Source: Candidatus Thorarchaeota archaeon (lineage in GTDB: Archaea; Asgardarchaeota; Thorarchaeia; Thorarchaeales; Thorarchaeaceae). From it: DNA of 64,000 nucleotides. The notes under the pieces were generated by a model. It searched no databases. It saw nothing but the letters and a program-made list of their open reading frames with translations, and was not told the origin of the DNA. A program made the translations under genes and the position numbers. The stretch spans positions 74,875-138,874 of the forward strand of contig DXJO01000020.1 of assembly GCA_019057475.1 (NCBI GenBank), written 5' to 3'. Within the stretch, counting starts at the first letter, position 1; each line of letters opens with the position of its first letter. Of this stretch, positions 49,988-59,027 are shown piece by piece.

Positions 49988-50404
49988 TTCTTATGGGCCG
50001 GTCCAAGTACCACAATTAAGGGTATGCAACAGCTGCGAAGAACCTGTAAAATCTTGAACATTTCGTAGGTAGTTATGACATACTGCTCAGGATTGAGTGG
50101 TGTGGTTGTTCAATGCTGATTGCTAATGCCTGCATGCAATTTGGTCGCCGCCAGTTAGACGGAGACAGAAAACGCCTATGGAGAGGACGTGAGACTTGTC
50201 GCAGATTCAGTAGGATCTGCAGAGCAGACCTCAATGAATCAGGAACCGAACATCAGTCAAGGACATTGATGTCTAGGATTGTACAAGTTTCGGGCTACGG
50301 CTTCTATCTCGTGCCAACTGGGCCAGCTTCCAGTAATCCTTGTATCAGTCTTAAGTAGAGTGAATTACGGGCCGGGAATTTGCGAGTGTAATACTACAGC
50401 TGAT

Positions 50405-50950
50405 ATGTTGAAGGTGCACGATTCATTCAGTGAGCACCTGGAGTCCCATCTCATGACCCGCTATGTCAAGGTTGCATTAATGGGGTCAGGGTATGCCGGC
50501 AAGTCCACCCTGATCAAACTTCTCACAGACAACATGTCCGATCTAGATGCCAACTACAAGCCGACCTGTGGGATGGATTGCGGGACAATCACACTCGACA
50601 AGTTCACCAAGATATCGTTGGTTGAGATGGGTGGTCAGACACACTTCGAGTTTATGTGGGCTGACTTGCTAAGGGGGAGCAAGATGGTGGTCGTTGTCAC
50701 TGAGAGCACCCCCAAGGCAGTACTGAAGACGCGTCAAATACTGCAGAAATACAGGAAGGAGCTCGAAGGCATTCAGGTCATCGCAATTGCAAATAAGCAG
50801 GACCTTCCAGGCTCTATGAAGCCCCGCTCAGTTGAGGATTTGCTCGGAATTCCCACCTATGGCATGGTAGCTATTGATCCAAAGCAACAGCTACACGGCT
50901 ACAAGCTGATAGTCAATGGACTACGTGATATGGCCCAAGTAGCAGCATAG
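50405..50950 (+). CDS. Arf/Sar-like small GTPase (Ras superfamily)
   Basis: G1 GSGYAGKST; PTCGMDCGTI; VEMGGQTHFEFMW (compare Arf WDVGGQDKIRPLW); ANKQDLPGSM (compare Arf ANKQDLPNAM). The start is ATG 50405 or 50453. Confidence 0.8.
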   Translation: MLKVHDSFSEHLESHLMTRYVKVALMGSGYAGKSTLIKLLTDNMSDLDANYKPTCGMDCGTITLDKFTKISLVEMGGQTHFEFMWADLLRGSKMVVVVTESTPKAVLKTRQILQKYRKELEGIQVIAIANKQDLPGSMKPRSVEDLLGIPTYGMVAIDPKQQLHGYKLIVNGLRDMAQVAA

Positions 50951-51013
50951 CCACAGTTTCTTTGTTTATTGGGCAGGTTTTCAAGGCTTAATAGCAACGT
51001 TCTAGGACAATGC

Positions 51014-51020
51014 TTTTATA
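51014..51020 (+). promoter_or_regulatory. TATA-like box (TTTTATA) upstream of the rpoD cluster
   Basis: atgcTTTTATAcat, about 125 nt upstream of the rpoD ATG. Confidence 0.25.
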
Positions 51021-51146
51021 CATACACAAGTGTGGCAGTCTTACCCAGAGCATGGGCGAGTGAGCTGTCAGCCCTCTGGTAGGGTATTTCAGCGAGTCTG
51101 TCCGGGATCAGTGTCTTTTGGGTACACTCCAAGGTCAGGTGAGATA

Positions 51147-51950
51147 ATGGAAATCACAATCATTAACAAACAGGATGATTCAATCCATTTCCTGGTTGAG
51201 GATGTAGATGTCGCATTCGCTAATGCAATCCGCAGGACAATGCTAACTAAGTTACCTGCTATGGCGATAGATGAAGTACTCATACTGGAAAATACCAGTG
51301 TTATGTACGATGAAATGATTGCTCAGCGTCTTGGTCTCATTCCTATAGTAACGGACCTAGACTCCTACAATCTTCCCCAAGACTGCGAATGTGAAGGAAA
51401 AGGCTGCAGCCTCTGCCAATGTACGCTCACACTAGAGGTGGAACCTGAAGATGAAGAGGTCGTTGTATACTCACGTAGCCTGACCTCACAAGATCCAAAG
51501 ATAGTTCCTGCCTCTGGAAACATCCCAATTACCAAACTAGCACCCCATCAAAGACTGATTATAGAGGCCTACGCTCGACTTGGAACAGGAGCCGAGAATG
51601 CCAAGTTCCAACCCGTCGCAACGGTTGCATACAAGTATGTTCCAGTTATTAGCGTGGATAAATCGAAATGCAATCTTTGTGAAGAATGCGTAAAGATCTG
51701 TCCGAAGAATATCATGAAAGTTGATGGAAGCACTTTGTCGACTCAGAACACATTGGACTGCAGCTTGTGCGAGGCCTGTGTTGATGTCTGCGAGCCTGGA
51801 GCCATAACAATCGATTCCAAGAAGAACGCCTTTCTCTTCAAAGTAGAATCTACCGGCTCTCTAAGCCCCGAAACCATTGTTTCGAAGACAGCAGAAATTC
51901 TGAAGACTAGAATCCAAGCAGCTCTTGATTACGCGAACTCTCTGAGGTGA
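51147..51950 (+). CDS. rpoD: DNA-directed RNA polymerase subunit D with a ferredoxin-like 4Fe-4S insertion
   Basis: MEITIINKQDDSIHFLVEDVDVAFANAIRRTML; CNLCEECVKICP ... CSLCEACVDVCEP. Confidence 0.9.
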   Translation: MEITIINKQDDSIHFLVEDVDVAFANAIRRTMLTKLPAMAIDEVLILENTSVMYDEMIAQRLGLIPIVTDLDSYNLPQDCECEGKGCSLCQCTLTLEVEPEDEEVVVYSRSLTSQDPKIVPASGNIPITKLAPHQRLIIEAYARLGTGAENAKFQPVATVAYKYVPVISVDKSKCNLCEECVKICPKNIMKVDGSTLSTQNTLDCSLCEACVDVCEPGAITIDSKKNAFLFKVESTGSLSPETIVSKTAEILKTRIQAALDYANSLR

Positions 51951-51957
51951 GCCCGAG

Positions 51958-52317
51958 ATGGTAAGAGGACCAACCGACCCCAATACACGCGCTCTAATCA
52001 ATTCATTAAAGAAGACATCTACAAAATATGATGTTAGAATATGGAGAAGAGTGGCCGAGCTTATAGCGCGCCCGGCTAGAAAACGTGCTACTGTGAATGT
52101 TGGCAAAATTGGCCGGCATACACGAGCTGGCGACATAGTCATTGTGCCAGGCAAAATCCTGGGATCAGGTATCATTCCACACAAAGTCACAGTCGCAGCA
52201 ATGAATGCATCAACAACTGCTAGGTCGGCTATAGTGAATGCAGGTGGATCACTGATTACGATCCCGGAGCTGCTCAACCAATCCCCAAAGGGGACAGGAA
52301 TTACGATTATCATATGA
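51958..52317 (+). CDS. rpl18e: Ribosomal protein L18e
   Basis: GPTDPNTRALINSLKK...RIWRRVAELIARPARKRATVNVGKI. Confidence 0.9.
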   Translation: MVRGPTDPNTRALINSLKKTSTKYDVRIWRRVAELIARPARKRATVNVGKIGRHTRAGDIVIVPGKILGSGIIPHKVTVAAMNASTTARSAIVNAGGSLITIPELLNQSPKGTGITIII

Positions 52318-52327
52318 GGTGGTTTCA

Positions 52328-52780
52328 ATGACCGAACAGGCAGTGAAAGTTTACGATGCAGATAACATGGTGGTCGGCAGAATGGCATCAAAGGTTGCGA
52401 AGGCTGCCTTGCTAGGTGACCGAGTGGTCATACTGAACGCCGAGAAGGCCATCATAACGGGTGCCCGACGAACAGTCATTGAAGCTTACAAGGAGAAATT
52501 CAATATCAGGACCTCCTACAGCCCGAGAAGGGGTCCATTCCATCATCGACGTCCCGATAAGATGATACGACGGATTATACGTGGCATGCTTCCTTGGCCC
52601 ACTCCCCGTGGAAAGGCAGCTTACAAACGAGTCCACGTTTACATAGGTGTGCCCGAACAGTACGCCGAAACTGAGAAGATAGTCCTCGAAGGATCGCGCT
52701 ACAACAGCTTGGTCCGGAGATATATCACGGTCGGGGACCTTAGTCATGAACTTGGCTGGAGAAATCCAGAGGTGCGATGA
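52328..52780 (+). CDS. rpl13: Ribosomal protein L13 (uL13)
   Basis: VYDADNMVVGRMASKVAKAALLGDRVVILNAEKAIITG. GAGGTG lies upstream of ATG 52328 (alternative GTG at 52319). Confidence 0.9.
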   Translation: MTEQAVKVYDADNMVVGRMASKVAKAALLGDRVVILNAEKAIITGARRTVIEAYKEKFNIRTSYSPRRGPFHHRRPDKMIRRIIRGMLPWPTPRGKAAYKRVHVYIGVPEQYAETEKIVLEGSRYNSLVRRYITVGDLSHELGWRNPEVR

Positions 52781-52781
52781 G

Positions 52782-53180
52782 ATGCGCGTAGTTGTTACCA
52801 CCGGCAAAAGAAAGACGAGCCTAGCAAAGGCCACAATCAAGGATGGGCGTGGTAGAATCAGAATCAATGGACGGCCGCTAGAGATTCACCAGCCAGAGAT
52901 TGCCCGGATGCGAATCACAGAACCGTTGATACTCTTTGGCGATGGATGGAAGAGATACGACATCAAGGTAAGGGTTCGAGGCGGTGGTTTCATGAGTCAG
53001 GCTGATGCTATCAGAATGGCCATCGCCAATGGACTGATTCGCATGAGCCAGAATTTCGAGGCACGCTCAAAGATGCAAGAACATGATAGGACAATGCTGG
53101 TCGGTGATCCTCGACGTACTGAACCGAAGAAGTTTGGCGGCCCCTCAGCACGATCTAGATATCAGAAATCCTACAGGTAG
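52782..53180 (+). CDS. rps9: Ribosomal protein S9 (uS9)
   Basis: VVTTGKRKTSLAKATIKDGRGRIRINGRPLE...DPRRTEPKKFGGPSARSRYQKSYR. Confidence 0.9.
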   Translation: MRVVVTTGKRKTSLAKATIKDGRGRIRINGRPLEIHQPEIARMRITEPLILFGDGWKRYDIKVRVRGGGFMSQADAIRMAIANGLIRMSQNFEARSKMQEHDRTMLVGDPRRTEPKKFGGPSARSRYQKSYR

Positions 53181-53192
53181 GGAGATGTAACG

Positions 53193-53408
53193 ATGATAAT
53201 TCCTGTGCGATGTTTCACATGCGGCAAAGTAGTTGCCGACAAGTACGAGCAGTTCAAGAGTGAGGTCCAACAGGGTGAGGACCCTGCAGCTGTGCTAGAC
53301 CGCCTTGGACTCCAGAGATACTGCTGTCGAAGAATGCTTCTGGCACACATTGACATAATTGACAGCTTCATGGCTTTCGCCACATCTGATGTTGTGGAGG
53401 GTGTCTGA
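53193..53408 (+). CDS. rpoN: DNA-directed RNA polymerase subunit N (Rpb10 homolog)
   Basis: [21 protein letters not shown]...[14 protein letters not shown]. Confidence 0.9.
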   Translation: MIIPVRCFTCGKVVADKYEQFKSEVQQGEDPAAVLDRLGLQRYCCRRMLLAHIDIIDSFMAFATSDVVEGV

Positions 53409-53410
53409 TC

Positions 53411-54046
53411 ATGAGTGAAACAGAAATCTCAGAGATCGACCTGCTGACTCCCATGGATCAGTACCTTGCAGCAGGTTGTCATATAGGAACGCAAGTAAAG
53501 ACTCATGACATGGAGCCGTTTGTCTACCGGCAAAGGCCCATCGGCCTCTACGTGTTGGATGTTCGTAAGACCGACGAACGAATCAGAGTTGCTGGCAAAT
53601 ACATTGCCAGAGTCAATGCCGACAGGATTGCAGTGGTTTCTGGTCGAGTCTACGGAAAGCGACCAGTAGAAGCATTTGCCCACTACATTACTGCCAATGC
53701 TTTCACAGAACGGTTCATCCCCGGTACTTTCACAAATCCAAACATTTCCGGTCCTCGAACATATGTCGAGCCAGAGCTGGTGATTCTAACCGACCCCCGA
53801 ACGGATCAACAAGCCTTGTCAGAGGCAGCTAGAATCGGCGTGCCTGTCATCGCACTCTGCGATACTGACAATGTGACGACTAACGTGGACTTGGTGGTGC
53901 CTACCAACAATCGTGGTCGCAAGTCACTGGCGCTTATCTACTACCTATTGACTCGTCAGGTGCTGCGCGAGAAGGGTGACATACCTGAAGATGGCGAAAC
54001 CGCCTTCACACCCGCAGATTTCGAGCCCCAGATTCAGCGGTACTAG
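53411..54046 (+). CDS. rps2: Ribosomal protein S2 (uS2)
   Basis: YLAAGCHIGTQVKTHDMEPFVY...; IALCDTDN. Confidence 0.9.
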   Translation: MSETEISEIDLLTPMDQYLAAGCHIGTQVKTHDMEPFVYRQRPIGLYVLDVRKTDERIRVAGKYIARVNADRIAVVSGRVYGKRPVEAFAHYITANAFTERFIPGTFTNPNISGPRTYVEPELVILTDPRTDQQALSEAARIGVPVIALCDTDNVTTNVDLVVPTNNRGRKSLALIYYLLTRQVLREKGDIPEDGETAFTPADFEPQIQRY

Positions 54047-54054
54047 CGTTTCAT

Positions 54055-54450
54055 CTATTCCACGATAGAAACGACGCCGAGACCGGCGTCTACCACTAAT
54101 TTCTGTCCAGTCCTAATTTTACTAACATCAATGTGATCAATCGTTGGTATTTCAGAGATGATACTTCCAACAGCAACCACCGGGTCAGTTTCCTTGTTGA
54201 CTATCGCTAGGGGTGCTTTGCCAGCCTTCTTCAGGGCGAAGAGAACATATGAACCAACAGTCGAACCCTTGCCAGACGGAAACACAAATATTTTTCCTGC
54301 AACGGATTTGCCCTCAAGTTCATGTCCTTTCTCGACGATGACTCCGGTATCAGGCTCGCACCCACCGTAGAAACTGATGTCTTCTGACGTTACTAGGGCT
54401 TCGCCCTCAGCTCTGCCCTTGTAGATTTTTCTACCTTCGAACTTACTCAT
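54055..54450 (-). CDS. Aconitase-X swivel-domain protein (DUF126): putative phosphomevalonate dehydratase small subunit
   Basis: GRAEGEALVTSEDISFYGGCEPDTGVI...GKIFVFPSGKGSTVGSYVL...APLAIVNKETDPVVAVG. ATGA overlap with the upstream gene. Confidence 0.8.
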   Translation of the reverse strand: MSKFEGRKIYKGRAEGEALVTSEDISFYGGCEPDTGVIVEKGHELEGKSVAGKIFVFPSGKGSTVGSYVLFALKKAGKAPLAIVNKETDPVVAVGSIISEIPTIDHIDVSKIRTGQKLVVDAGLGVVSIVE

Positions 54451-55640
54451 GCAATCGCCTCCTTGATGCATTCTTCGATTGTTCTTATTTTTGTCTTGAA
54501 GCTATTCTTTCCGCGCGCATAGAAACAAGCCTTGGCAGAGTCCGTCAGCAGACCCTTGAATCGTCCTTTTAGCGGTGCTACTGCGCAACAAGCGTCACTG
54601 ACTAGGAACGCACCAGCCTTCTCTATAGTGTCATAGTATCCCATCTTGACTGCAAGATCTTTGGTGGGTTTTGCAGTCGTAATCCAGACAGTCTTCTCCT
54701 TTGCCACCTTCTTGCCCTCTAGCATTTCCGCAATCTCTGCTATCTCCTTTATGCTAGCATGCGGACAGCCTACACTGATGAAATCAATCTCAACATCTGC
54801 ATCGTCAAGCTCACTTCGAGCCGCATCCAACTCATCCTGAGTGATGACTTCAGTCTTGTCAGGTACCAGTGTCCTGTTTGGCGTCAAACCCTCCATGTGA
54901 AAGAGCGCAACTCCTCCGTAGGTTGCAACCGATGCGCAAAACGACTTCAGCTGCTCAGTTGTAGCATTTGCCACCCCTGTGATATAGGGTATCGCCTTCT
55001 TTGTGCGTGTCCCGATTACTTGCCCGAGAAGGCCAAAATCATCAGTGTTCTCTATCCTTGCCTCGACATCGTATCTAACCTGTGCGACGCGATTCTCTTG
55101 CAGATGGAACCCATACTCTGCAGTTCTCCCGGTGAGTGCAGAAGCGAGCGCACTCGGGCCACCCTCTCTATTGGTCATTGCACCAATCACCGAGTTAGCA
55201 AAGCATACCGCTGAAGACTCCGCCCACGCGATATGTTCCCCATAGTGCGGCAGATTACCGATTAGGTACGGTGTGCATGTGCACGTGGCAATCACACCCA
55301 TCTTCAAGAAGGCGTCCACTACTCTCTTCTGATTCTTCGCAAAGCTCTCACTGATGCCGTGCTTCTTCCATTCAGTCAGGTCCATTCCGGCAGGATTCAA
55401 AGTGGTGAGGACTCTGGTCTGACCATCTTCTGCCATATCGGAGAGATATTCAAGACCTGCTTCTCCAAGATTATGGTACGAAACTCCCGCAATTTGGACA
55501 CTTGAAACTGAAATGAGCCTCTTGGCCCCGTATATTTCTCCAAGTGCTGTTATGATCTCCATGGCCTTTTTGGCAGATTTTCCGTGCTTGCCATCCAGCA
55601 TATCTCTGTCATCTTTAGTGAGTTCCAGCCCCAATCTCAA
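54447..55640 (-). CDS. Aconitase-X catalytic-domain protein (DUF521): putative phosphomevalonate dehydratase large subunit
   Basis: LTKDDRDMLDGKHGKSAKKAMEII...AKRLISVSSVQIAG...; TTG start overlapping the UbiD-like stop (TTGA). Confidence 0.8.
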   Translation of the reverse strand: MRLGLELTKDDRDMLDGKHGKSAKKAMEIITALGEIYGAKRLISVSSVQIAGVSYHNLGEAGLEYLSDMAEDGQTRVLTTLNPAGMDLTEWKKHGISESFAKNQKRVVDAFLKMGVIATCTCTPYLIGNLPHYGEHIAWAESSAVCFANSVIGAMTNREGGPSALASALTGRTAEYGFHLQENRVAQVRYDVEARIENTDDFGLLGQVIGTRTKKAIPYITGVANATTEQLKSFCASVATYGGVALFHMEGLTPNRTLVPDKTEVITQDELDAARSELDDADVEIDFISVGCPHASIKEIAEIAEMLEGKKVAKEKTVWITTAKPTKDLAVKMGYYDTIEKAGAFLVSDACCAVAPLKGRFKGLLTDSAKACFYARGKNSFKTKIRTIEECIKEAIA

Positions 55641-56983
55641 TCGCTCCTGAATTTACTTGGGTCCATTTTTGGAAATTCCGCCCGGTCAAAGCTCTTTCCT
55701 TTCGCAACCAATGGCTTTGTGACGTCGAAGCCAATCTTTGTAGTCAACTTGGTGCCTGGCTCAGCACTCGGGTCGAGAGAGCTACCAGGTTCACGGTCCT
55801 TGATGAGCATGTCTTCATCACCCTGGAATCGTGTCGCCAATGCCCACTCTCTGTCCTGCTCGTTGTAGATGTCTATGTCATCATCATAAACCCAGACATG
55901 TTTTGCGCTTCGGTGTCCTCCAAATGCCCCCTCTAGAGCTTTGAGGCCATCATCCTCATTCTTTTTCCTGATTTTGATGGCTATGTGAAGCCAACTTGCC
56001 CCTCCAGGCGTGATGTTAACATCAAGCACATCAACTCCCTTCTCAGCCACCTTGCGAAAGACAGTAGGCTCCCTGGGCATCCCCATCAAGACCTTGTGCT
56101 CTGATCGTCCTGGCAGAAGTCCCTGCCAAATTGCAGTCTTTCTGTGAGTAATCTTCTTGACTTCAAAGATGGGTTCCTGACGAATCACGTCTACCGTTTC
56201 TGTCAGGTCAATGAATGGCCCTTCATCAGCTTTCTTTTCCAAGAACACTCTCCCTTCCAGCACAAACTCTGAATCTGCTGGTATCATCAGATCAACGGTC
56301 TTTGCTTTGGTCACTCTGATTGGTCTGAGCGCGTTGGCTATCTCGAGTTCGTCTACACCCGTTTCCACGGAAGTCGCGGCGGCTATCAGAATCTCCGGTG
56401 TATTACCTATACAGTAAGCAACGTCAACCTCGCCATTCCGTTCCAAGAACTTGTGAAAGTCACGTCCTCTGACAACTCTGGTGACCATTCGGTCCTTGCC
56501 AATCTGCATGGCTCTATGGAAGTCCAGATTCTGTCCAAACTCAGGGTCGCTAGCAACAACAACCCCTGATGATATGTATGGTCCTCCATCCACCTCATTA
56601 TGAATTAGTATCGGGATGTCATCTAAGTTCACACTATCCCTAATGACCTCTTGGCAAGGTGCGTCCTTTATTGCTTCAGGAGGGCTTCTATTCTCAATAG
56701 CCCTGGTAAGAGTTGGAATGATGTCTTCCGTCTTGATTCCGAAATAATCCGCAATCTGCTCCTTTGTGCAGAAGAGGTTCCCTGCTACTCGAAATTCAGA
56801 CTCCTTCACTTTTTCGAATATAGCTGGTGTTGGTTCCAATGCTTTGAGTACGCCCGCAATCTCAAGATTCCTTGAGATCTTCTTATCAAATTTCTCTATC
56901 TTGTTCTCATTGCTCAGTTTCTTAATGTAATTCTCGAGTATCATTACGCACGCCTCTCTTACAGTCCAAAGGATGTTGTCCAT
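55637..56983 (-). CDS. UbiD-family decarboxylase: putative trans-anhydromevalonate-5-phosphate decarboxylase
   Basis: 448 aa with UbiD-like regions (…GGPYISSGVVVASDPEFG.NLDFHRAMQ…). The start may be ATG 56944 instead, which removes the overlap with mvk. Confidence 0.75.
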   Translation of the reverse strand: MDNILWTVREACVMILENYIKKLSNENKIEKFDKKISRNLEIAGVLKALEPTPAIFEKVKESEFRVAGNLFCTKEQIADYFGIKTEDIIPTLTRAIENRSPPEAIKDAPCQEVIRDSVNLDDIPILIHNEVDGGPYISSGVVVASDPEFGQNLDFHRAMQIGKDRMVTRVVRGRDFHKFLERNGEVDVAYCIGNTPEILIAAATSVETGVDELEIANALRPIRVTKAKTVDLMIPADSEFVLEGRVFLEKKADEGPFIDLTETVDVIRQEPIFEVKKITHRKTAIWQGLLPGRSEHKVLMGMPREPTVFRKVAEKGVDVLDVNITPGGASWLHIAIKIRKKNEDDGLKALEGAFGGHRSAKHVWVYDDDIDIYNEQDREWALATRFQGDEDMLIKDREPGSSLDPSAEPGTKLTTKIGFDVTKPLVAKGKSFDRAEFPKMDPSKFRSD

Positions 56984-57906
56984 ACCCCAGCCGCGCCTGC
57001 TTGTTCCAAGACTTTTGCAATCCTATCTCTGGTAGCCTCATCCGGGGCTAGCGATATCATGTTGCCTCCTCGTCCTGTCCCAGTCATCTTGGAGCCCAGC
57101 GCTCCATTTTCTCCAGCAACTTTCGTCAGGGCATCCAGTTCCTTGCACGACACAGTGAGTTCCTGCAGCAGTTCGTGGTTCTTGTTCATGAGCTTGCCCA
57201 CTTTCGAAAAATCCAGTTGAAGCAATGCATCATGACCAGAATGGACTAAGTTCTCGTACTCTCGGGCAATTTTGTCGAACCATTCAGGATTCTCATTTTT
57301 CTTGGCTCTCACATCCCCTACTACCTCTATCGTACTCGCAGTGATACCGGTGGATGCAATCACTAAATGCGCCAGTTTCTTCAGTTTGAGTTTCTCAAAT
57401 GTTGGCGGGCCGCCCTTGAGATTTCTGATATACCACACAAGTCCTCCAAAGGTTGACGCGGTGTTATCAATCCCAGATGGTGTTCCGTGATAGCCCTTCT
57501 CCCCCTCAAATGCAGCCTCATTGATCTGGTTATTGTTCAGTCCAAGTGAGAATTCATCACTCAGAGCTCGAGCTAGAGCGACACAGCTCGCTGCACTTGC
57601 TCCTATGCCAGACGCGCAGACTAAATCGCCTCCCAACTCAATATGAATACCCGTTTCTGACAAGTCCACGTTGCAATATCGAAGAACATTGTCAATCGAA
57701 ACCTTCTGCTCATCGAGTTTCTTGGCTTTGTATCCAGGCATGGCTGGCCTCTGATCATTAAGTGTCCATCCCACTTGATCTATCTTGCTAACCTTCGCCG
57801 TAGTTTCGGCAGCTATACCTGCAGCAAGCGCGGGTAATCCATATACCACGAAATGCTCACCGAAGAGGATAGTCTTGCCTTTTCCGCTTCCTTGACCCAT
57901 TGTCAC
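56959..57906 (-). CDS. mvk: Mevalonate kinase (GHMP family)
   Basis: GKTILFGEHFVVYGLPALA; GSGIGASAASCVA; KMTGTGRGG. Confidence 0.88.
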   Translation of the reverse strand: MTMGQGSGKGKTILFGEHFVVYGLPALAAGIAAETTAKVSKIDQVGWTLNDQRPAMPGYKAKKLDEQKVSIDNVLRYCNVDLSETGIHIELGGDLVCASGIGASAASCVALARALSDEFSLGLNNNQINEAAFEGEKGYHGTPSGIDNTASTFGGLVWYIRNLKGGPPTFEKLKLKKLAHLVIASTGITASTIEVVGDVRAKKNENPEWFDKIAREYENLVHSGHDALLQLDFSKVGKLMNKNHELLQELTVSCKELDALTKVAGENGALGSKMTGTGRGGNMISLAPDEATRDRIAKVLEQAGAAGVWTTSFGL

Positions 57907-58058
57907 TCAGGTTTAGGTCTGTAAAGCGGCTGTAGTTAATCGTTGCGCTTGAGCTCTCCCTTCGACATTGGATTAAGTTATGAAAACTTCGCCCTTTGCG
58001 TAAGACTCTTGTCCATTTCGCACGATGAACAATATATCAACGTGTTAACTGCGGGATA

Positions 58059-59027
58059 ATGATGAGAATTCTTGATCTCTTTGCTGGTGCAGGTGGTTTC
58101 TCTGCAGGATTCGGTCCGTCATCTACTCACTCGCACCTAGCAATAGACAATGATCCTTTTCCTCTTGGCACATATGCGCTCAATAATCCCCATGCCAAAA
58201 CCTTGCAGCGCGACATCAGCAAGCTTCACTCACTGCAGATAGAGGGGATTCTTGGAGGAACCCCAGACATAATCCTTGCATCACCACCCTGTGAAGAATT
58301 CAGTCTAGCGAATCCAAAGAGCAATGATCTCGCAGCTAATCGAATATATGGTACAGGAACTGCACGATTGCTGTTGGATACAATTCGACTAATTGGAGAC
58401 CTCGCCCCAGATGTCTTTGTGATTGAAAACGTGGCCGCGCTCCTTCGGGCAGGAGGCAGAGAAATAACGACTCGAGAGTTCGAGCGTATCGGAATCTATG
58501 ATATCCATTTCAATCTAGTCCGAGCACATCAACACGGAAACCCCTCGAAACGCCTCAGACTCTTCATGAGCAATGTGAAGTTGAAACTTCCAAGAAGTTA
58601 TTCCCCCACTGTCATGGACGCGATTGGTAATCTCCCTCCCCTTGGACTCAATGCTCTTCTAAGCCCCTCCAATGAGGTTCCTAACCACGTTTATCGTCCC
58701 GCCACCGAACGCAATCAGAAACTAATCAATAAAGCACGGTGGGGTTTCGGTGCGAAGCAATTCAGGGGTCCAAAAGGCAGAACCATGCCCAACTGGGTAA
58801 GACTATACCCGAATCAATCTTCATCATCCATAATCGGCCTATCTCGTTATATTCACCCATACGAAGACCGACTGCTCACTGTGCGCGAGCACGCGCGATT
58901 GATGTCATATCCAGATGGCTTTGTCTTCACGGGCCCGATTGAGAGCCAATACAATCAAGTGGGGGAGAGTGTTCCACCCCTCATATCCAAGCTCATAGCC
59001 AAGGAGGTTCAAAAACATCTTGAATGA
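58059..59027 (+). CDS. dcm: DNA (cytosine-5)-methyltransferase
   Basis: Motif I ILDLFAGAGGFSAGF; IV ASPPCEEFS; VI VIENV; VIII NPSKRLRLFM; IX RLLTVREHARLMSYPDGF; X VGESVPP. Confidence 0.85.
   Translation: MMRILDLFAGAGGFSAGFGPSSTHSHLAIDNDPFPLGTYALNNPHAKTLQRDISKLHSLQIEGILGGTPDIILASPPCEEFSLANPKSNDLAANRIYGTGTARLLLDTIRLIGDLAPDVFVIENVAALLRAGGREITTREFERIGIYDIHFNLVRAHQHGNPSKRLRLFMSNVKLKLPRSYSPTVMDAIGNLPPLGLNALLSPSNEVPNHVYRPATERNQKLINKARWGFGAKQFRGPKGRTMPNWVRLYPNQSSSSIIGLSRYIHPYEDRLLTVREHARLMSYPDGFVFTGPIESQYNQVGESVPPLISKLIAKEVQKHLE

Noticed and set aside
49988-50404. A 400-bp gap with ACAGAAAACGCCUAUGG (RNase P CR-V-like) and ORF 50113-50358.
   Set aside because: No complementary P4 strand or P1 terminal pairing is present. 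The 81-aa ORF is Arg/Cys-rich with no motifs. I treat the region as an intergenic or promoter region for the divergent egsA and GTPase genes.
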